Shown: positions 29,701 to 32,000 of the stretch, piece after piece | How positions within the stretch are numbered: position 1 is the first letter of the stretch | How the letters are laid out: the number at the start of each line of letters is the position of its first letter | Source: Thermoplasmata archaeon | GTDB taxonomy: Archaea > Thermoplasmatota > Thermoplasmata > Methanomassiliicoccales > Methanomethylophilaceae | Assembly: GCA_015063225.1 (NCBI GenBank) | Contig: SUSU01000001.1 | Span: forward strand, 58,446-90,445 | Direction of reading: 5' to 3' | Length of the DNA stretch: 32,000 nt | The notes under the pieces: generated by a model | The model's database searches: none | The model's input: only the letters and a program-made list of their open reading frames with translations | Told to the model about the DNA's origin: nothing | Made by a program: the position numbers and the translations under genes

Positions 29701-32000
29701 AAGTACGCGACATTCAGACTTCCGCTTCCCTGGGCGCTGGTCGCGATGGTCCCCACCCTGTCGTTACCGACGTACAGGGCATAATCGGAGTTCTTCTCGA
29801 TTCCGGACCTGCATGCATATGCGCCGTTCCCCTCGTACTCGAGGGCGAAAGCGTTCCCGGCATCGTTCTTCTTGGCGGTGACGGTCAGATCCTCGTAGGC
29901 GCTGCCGTCGAGGGTGATGTTGGCCACGATGTTGTACGGGCCCCAGTGGGCGGTGAGGGTGGCGGTGGCGTGGTAGATGTCCCACAGCTTGGCGGAAGAT
30001 CCGTCGGGGTTGTAGTACATGTCGTCTCCCAGGAAGAATCCGAGGAACGCGCCGTCGGCCTTGGTGGGCGGGGTGATGGTGGGCGCGTTGGAATCGTATG
30101 TGGCGGTGACTCCCTGAACCGCGGAGCCGCCGGCGGAGTCGAAGGTGACCGTGGTTGTATTCGGGGTCCACTGGATGGTGATCGTAATGCCGTCCACTCC
30201 GATGGTCCCGGAGTCGGGGGTGTATCCGGTGTAGCTGTATCCGGTCCTCGTGGGCCTCTGCTCGTGGAACTGCACTCCCTCCTGGAAGAGGTCGTCCATG
30301 ATCGCGCCGACCTCGGTTCCGTAATCGAAGTCCTTGGTCGTGGTCCTGGCATTGGCATCCCACAGCCAAGCGCCGTTCTGTCCGTCGAGAATCTGGTAGT
30401 TCAGGGGCCATCCGCGGTCGAAGAAGACCGTGGCGGTGTACTTGTTGACGGTCCACTTAGCGAAGTACTCCTTATCCCCGTATTCGCCGGCTGCGATGAC
30501 GGTGACGGGATCACCGGAGAACTGGCTGTCGGCGTACCATCCCGCGAAGGTGGATCCGGTCTTGGTGACATCGGTGGGGAGATTGGTGGCCACTCCGTAG
30601 GTGTAGGAGGTGACGTTTCCGCTGTTGATGGTTCCTCCGTTGGCGTTCAGGGTGACGTTGTAGGTCTTCGCGGTCCACTGGGCTGTGTAGGTGACGGCGG
30701 CGGTGACGGGGGTCTCCGCGGTGATGGCGGTGTTCCATCCGTTCGGGTCGTATCCGTTCCTGGTGGGCGTGGGCAGGGTTCCCAGAGTGCCTCCGGAGAT
30801 CCTGTCGATGACCTTGCTGGTGGCGTCCTCGAAGGTTCCGCCGGCGTAGTCGAAGGTGACGGAGTAGAAGTTGACGGTCAGCTCTCCGCGCCCGGCGTTG
30901 ATGCCGACGGTGCCGATCTCGGCGTCTCCCCTCTTCACGGTGAGGATGTCTCCGTTGGAGATGGGGAAGTTTGCGGAGGTCTCCACGTAGAAGACGCCGG
31001 CGCTGGTGGCGGGCATGGTCACGCTGTTGGTGTTGTTCCACAGGGTGATGGCCTCGGGGAAGGTGTGGAGGGTGCCGTCGAGCTTGGTCTGCACGGTCAC
31101 GTTGTTGCTGCCCCACTTGGCGTAGAAGTCCTTGTTGCCGACGGTCCCGGCGGGGATCTCGGTCCAGGCGGTGCCGGTGAGCCCTTCGTTGTCGAACCAT
31201 CCCTGGAAGGCGTATCCTCCCCTGACGGGGGAGGTGAGGGGGGTGGCCGCGGATTCGATGGAGTAGCTGACCGAAGTGATCTCGGAGCCGCCGTTCGAGT
31301 GGAAGATGGCGGTGTAGCTGATGGGGACCCATGTGGCGTACATGTTGACGATGGCGCCGTCGGTGGTGGCCAGGTTCTTCACGTTCCCATTGAGATTATA
31401 GGGCTGTCCGCTGCCGTCGGCGGCGGTGTTCCAGCCGGTCAGGATGTAGCCGGTGCGGCTGAGGCTTGGTCCGGAGGAGAGGGCCGCGAGGGTGTCGTAG
31501 GTGAGGGACTGGTCGTCCACGGTTCCGGTGGCGTCCTCGGCGTTCTTGAAGTACTTGACGGTGTAGTGGATGGGGGCCCACATGGCGTACATGTTGACGG
31601 TGGCGCCGTCGGTGGTGGCCAGGTTCTTCACGTTCCCGCTGAGGTCGTAGGCGGTTCCGCTGCCGTCGGCAGAGGTGTTCCAGCCGGTCAGGGTGTAGCC
31701 GGTGCGGCCGAGGCTCGCTCCAGAAGAGAGGACCGCGAGGGCATCGTATGTGAGGGACTGGTCGTCCACGGTTCCGGTGGCGTCCTCGGCGTTCTTGAAG
31801 TACTTGACGGTGTAGTGGATGGGGTTGAACTGGGCGGTGAAGGATGTGGCGTCCTCGTCGGTGAACGTCGCGGGGACGGCGGGGCTCCAGGGCTGGTCAT
31901 TGTTGAAGAGGTACCCGGTCTTGGTGGGGGCGGGGACCAGGGTGACATTGACGGCGGAGCCGTAGTCGCCCCCCAGGGTGAACGTGGCGGAGCCGTCGAA
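20787..32000 (-). CDS. giant secreted/surface adhesin-like protein built of Listeria-Bacteroides (Flg_new-type) repeats; 5' end beyond the right window edge
   Basis: The frame is open from TGA (rc 20787-20789) to position 32000, which is 3737 sense codons. The track start at 31769 is an internal GTG. My upstream translation continues FDGSATFTLGGDYGSAVNVTLVPAPTKTGYLFNNDQPWSPAVPATFTDEDATSFTAQFNPIHYTVKYFKNAEDATGTV. There are dozens of 75-90-aa units with the pattern Y.V.F..NGG....LP.P.R.GY.F.GWNT..DG.G..Y......LYA.W. The protein is very acidic and T/G/Y/N/D-rich with many N-x-S/T sequons. No TM helix at the C terminus (...VTVYMDYPWT). Confidence 0.9.
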   Translation of the reverse strand, partial: FDGSATFTLGGDYGSAVNVTLVPAPTKTGYLFNNDQPWSPAVPATFTDEDATSFTAQFNPIHYTVKYFKNAEDATGTVDDQSLTYDALAVLSSGASLGRTGYTLTGWNTSADGSGTAYDLSGNVKNLATTDGATVNMYAMWAPIHYTVKYFKNAEDATGTVDDQSLTYDTLAALSSGPSLSRTGYILTGWNTAADGSGQPYNLNGNVKNLATTDGAIVNMYATWVPISYTAIFHSNGGSEITSVSYSIESAATPLTSPVRGGYAFQGWFDNEGLTGTAWTEIPAGTVGNKDFYAKWGSNNVTVQTKLDGTLHTFPEAITLWNNTNSVTMPATSAGVFYVETSANFPISNGDILTVKRGDAEIGTVGINAGRGELTVNFYSVTFDYAGGTFEDATSKVIDRISGGTLGTLPTPTRNGYDPNGWNTAITAETPVTAAVTYTAQWTAKTYNVTLNANGGTINSGNVTSYTYGVATNLPTDVTKTGSTFAGWYADSQFSGDPVTVIAAGEYGDKEYFAKWTVNKYTATVFFDRGWPLNYQILDGQNGAWLWDANARTTTKDFDYGTEVGAIMDDLFQEGVQFHEQRPTRTGYSYTGYTPDSGTIGVDGITITIQWTPNTTTVTFDSAGGSAVQGVTATYDSNAPTITPPTKADGAFLGFFLGDDMYYNPDGSSAKLWDIYHATATLTAHWGPYNIVANITLDGSAYEDLTVTAKKNDAGNAFALEYEGNGAYACRSGIEKNSDYALYVGNDRVGTIATSAQGSGSLNVAYFTVTFDLNGGTGNAPAAVVLSGNTVTEPQNISKTGNELTEWKNGEIAWDFSTSTVTAAVTLVAQWTPQSYSVTLNTNGGTINSGNVTSYTYGNAKSLPTDVTKTGSTFAGWYADSQFSGEPVTVIAAGEYGDKEYFAKWTVNKYTATVSFDRGWPLNYQILDGQNGAWLWDANARTTTKDFEYGTSVAAIMADLLQEGVQFHEQRPTRTGYNYAGYTPDSGTIGVDGVIIIIQWTAKTTEVTFDSAGGSPVEGVTATFDSGMPAITPPTKADGAFLGFFLGDDMYYNPDGTSAKVWDVYTATATLTAHWDNNSITVTFKVDGVGPAFQDQTISVWKNDAHADMFVRNDGSFYLETSENFPIVDGAYIIKRNSETAGEVTVTGGLGTIEINYRSVHFYVDTQSYGDVGLVVHGGTATAPAVAPQKDGYAFASWQTGNGENYDFSEPVITTLYLHAAFNPNQYTVRLYDGNDLIGSFQILYHREIETLSANLIPSKTGFGFLGYYLGDEKYYDSLGRAVKLSWDILQDTSLRAEWEANTVTVSFGDGVPALNATYGQAMPALGRDYEPSGEYGKRFIGYYDALEGGKKYYNADLTSAVQASDLTVDTRMYQRYEPITYSVVYNMKGGEGNMPGDQTVSIDGSFDEPATEPTKRGYTFGGWSFYENIMVEAFEDGVCSPETYYLQPEGTTLTLYAQWNPKSYTIHFDANGGSGDAPADGHARAGANFLAPEFATSKVVQGQRMFFGGWNTASDGTGTDYRGTVIFDDALVNLAGDGDSVTLYVKWAAMEFTPSVGYTFTGQKIDGPSEVFDVTMTVIAVGDTTFRVEQNTNYNSWTETWVTELPIGAYPIMNGWSPEMIEAIETGEHSTGTFTINGVEKVVDIYTQSYVVSGTNYTFTIYVTADGFVCYASETGPSGDVSEYQFTAHQQRQLQPAEITYRPNGGTPDENVVRTSSTYPALGEIGFTRDGYMFTGWSTNDLELFKPGDAVTQSRIVNANWERITNPKTNIEWTIYNLPEGIALMNGDNDALRVNGAEGQVITVTGGSSWQYFANGDYYTFTANAQNYRLILDDNTTLRVNAVNDNGRMTIVFGEAGDNDQYSRAYYIGLKFYQVLPEFAQYSATVGDAFVYDDGEEEVTFTVTQVSNSNYMFSYSGGYSDMPRAAGLYPQVFDVLYPDEPDWSVWTRGNVQFGGQNIPVYIITAHKLEQNYYSSYNQTMVDYNLWQLYIGVSDGLCYKAVLGDVDDAATGTVDYKTVTLVSKPADMHVVTNYEVTMDCNGGDYQGSSVLTRTLSAPSNSIIPERDEYVFVGWSLTLDGQVAYAYSNGAFTPAAFNPAHAQSGAISLFAVWEDAPAAVYDIVCSGDSRYTTTFSEDQQTVTLPTLDQLGCQDKPMTRLSFYSYQGSSYNYAPGETIATSIALSCLDEYERLNIYVSSPYIDVYVDANHQGGDTSRVIRSVDSGLSIRLPSYNDLEDLTTWSGHTATGYATSAQGQTAYDFDSYITPAQIAQIYDAENGRITLFLTWTEGEPVIGYLYGNFEGANPEYVSNIIPDEGTELPDDAGHLPWNRGQSWTATGFNTQADGNGTTYAFGALITAEAVAALENHALYVIWEAATITQCRIYGNYENCDPLYFTVNVDPESGMIAPSFASIDARYFRNDATPIGLADTPREDAVVGVYFGAEMSYDDVLACNGILYVIWAPLPPVPSSDSDPIYLVILSNYDCQEAISLTTLADLKSVQLPSAEEITELWNRGALVTPVCFSTTRDGNGGVTFDLGSVMNQGDAMSLPRAALYVLWNENTIQGRIYGNFEGATPEYQQGPIQGETTLLPDRGEIEDWWTWTGHTPVGFNTQADGSGDFYPLRAEVSTEALLSLENPYLYVQWEEGETPEVVSYTVIYLMENGNEACSRNFFSTDRTYTILSANDFAGMGISADGVYDELGNNYELGRAYDTSVFIALANDNHVLNLHVSENGGEIGDTTYTGILYANNGTEGSDTHQFTANDGHVELPDREDISEWTRSGFVAVGFNSRSDSTGTFFHFGQNVSVSDLIALADGNNTVSLYVDWENTQTVYTGIIRANNNTDQNVSMYLVERMEAITLPEEIGWTYAGHYAICFNTQADGAGTDYFFGDTIYIDDLIDMAVDRVATLYVEWGEEDDGNTYDLIIYPCTGNQADEPLETSFNADDEHYRLPENIQWTSSNPNHIFIGFNSTADYAGTFFFAGEEVPVENLVALASNNTVTLFVDWANLQDLYTGIIHANNGSQDTIETVISSHMGSIRMPNDVEWEYDGHVATGFNTEDNGNGDGIEFGQSVSVADIIAYANEDREIHLYVQWEEGEAPEVVNYTVIYLMENGNEACSRNFFSTDRTYTILSAEELEGMGLAADCVYDDWDNEYGLGQAYETADLIELADDERVIYLYLIEGNQQTPIIHLDVNGAIGELDDVYEVEYYDDEDGYAMYVLPSAEEIDSAGIENDGYMMSGWATTADGSAGPEDLMVYSMGDTTYLLVYDSFDGDEVTVYLVWEEIGDIYTVRFNINNGVGVTPRDVEVMEGRRFFLPAPTSVPAGSAFAGWNTQADGEGTHCRLSTVLDDDLVALASEGVVTLYAEWITPTAYTATVGDRFIAEEEQYEGENLVSQSQTISVVVYADQEIYRLERFTWDEEKERWTHEFDSKIYLQGSLPNSELEIQGASLYAEGIFGIEGNELGVELLINDEPRETAMIPYVWSQSFPGYTATLTVYVDTEDQCGYIVLVTGMEDGVEVIEKDSMTEMHIGEGNGYTPGDYTVTYRAGPGSETTVVREHQSVLAGIDEFDFEAPEGLVFAGWSDSDSNVTVPAGSIVVRMDHEVHAVWAKVLESDPDNAMVIIDGNGGSSAGSTTAVSIIEDGSELSIDMNDYAFVRNEQEAVSYQLEHYHCDRVTFEADSDIDIWALLLDGYEIYGNGDSVCYYKNMYDEGEYLRIVIPVGNIVTVYMDYPWT
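22596..22730 (-). repeat. 135-nt near-identical block, copy B
   Basis: Same sequence with a few substitutions. It encodes YVQWEEGEAPEVVNYTVIYLMENGNEACSRNFFSTDRTYTILSA, exactly 450 codons downstream of copy A. Confidence 0.85.
23946..24080 (-). repeat. 135-nt near-identical block, copy A (offset 1350 nt from copy B)
   Basis: ggcggaaaggatggtgtacgtcctgtcggtggagaagaagttcctgctgcaggcctcgtttccgttctccatgagatagattacgg...tcctcccactgtacgta encodes YVQWEEGETPEVVSYTVIYLMENGNEACSRNFFSTDRTYTILSA. Confidence 0.85.
28773..29523 (-). repeat. copy 2 of the approximately 750-nt intragenic duplication
   Basis: Encodes VTLNTNGGTINSGNVTSYTYG...AGWYADSQFSGEPVTVIAAGEYGDKEYFAKWTVNKYTATVSFDRGWPLNYQILDGQNGAWLWDANARTTTKDF...TLTAHW, at an offset of 1167 nt (389 codons) from copy 1. 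Confidence 0.85.
29940..30690 (-). repeat. copy 1 of an approximately 750-nt near-identical intragenic duplication (offset 1167 nt)
   Basis: Encodes VTLNANGGTINSGNVTSYTYG...AGWYADSQFSGDPVTVIAAGEYGDKEYFAKWTVNKYTATVFFDRGWPLNYQILDGQNGAWLWDANARTTTKDF...TLTAHW. Long runs are nt-identical to copy 2, for example actggctgtcggcgtaccatcccgcgaaggtggatccggtcttggtgac at 30521 and 29354. Confidence 0.85.
31321..31831 (-). repeat. in-frame tandem duplication, 249-nt (83-aa) unit, about 2 copies
   Basis: gtgagggactggtcgtccacggttccggtggcgtcctcggcgttcttgaagtacttgacggtgtagtggatgggg occurs at 31501 and again at 31750. catgttgacg.tggcgccgtcggtggtggccaggttcttcacgttccc occurs at 31341 and 31590. The offset is exactly 249. 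Confidence 0.85.

Overview
GC-rich archaeal chromosome segment with short AT-rich intergenic spacers. Archaeal origin is supported by ArcTGT, Pth2, a fused ThiD-ThiN, and TATA boxes about 25 nt upstream of start codons. The gene content and the complete lack of TAG stops fit a host-associated Methanomassiliicoccales-type lineage, but that is inference only. Left to right: (1) tgtA, open to the left edge and missing from the ORF track. (2) An AT-rich spacer with three 32-bp tandem repeats carrying a TTAACG-N2-CGTTAA palindrome, followed by a GC-rich non-coding island of about 220 nt. (3) A divergent pair of a small hypothetical protein and an alpha/beta hydrolase. (4) A 7.8-kb divergon: a P-loop NTPase plus four-subunit 2-oxoacid:ferredoxin oxidoreductase (delta-alpha-beta-gamma) on the minus strand, facing two tandem XRE-cupin regulator / AMP-forming acyl-CoA synthetase modules on the plus strand. 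(5) A Sel1-repeat protein. (6) Pth2. (7) Thiamine genes thiE-thiM and thiDN, separated by a membrane-anchored FKBP-like protein and a 226-nt element closed by an 18-bp inverted repeat and bracketed by terminators. (8) argG-argH. (9) A giant acidic surface or adhesin-like protein of at least 3737 codons. It runs off the right edge and is built from Listeria-Bacteroides (Flg_new-type) repeats, large internal duplications and a recurring uncharacterised domain. Most long ORFs in the track that lie opposite or out of frame to these genes are GC-driven shadow ORFs. No rRNA, tRNA, CRISPR array, transposase or recognisable defence system was found. The most interesting items are the two structured non-coding elements, the acyl-CoA ligase / OFOR divergon, an orphan coding-like frame with no start codon, and the giant protein's architecture.
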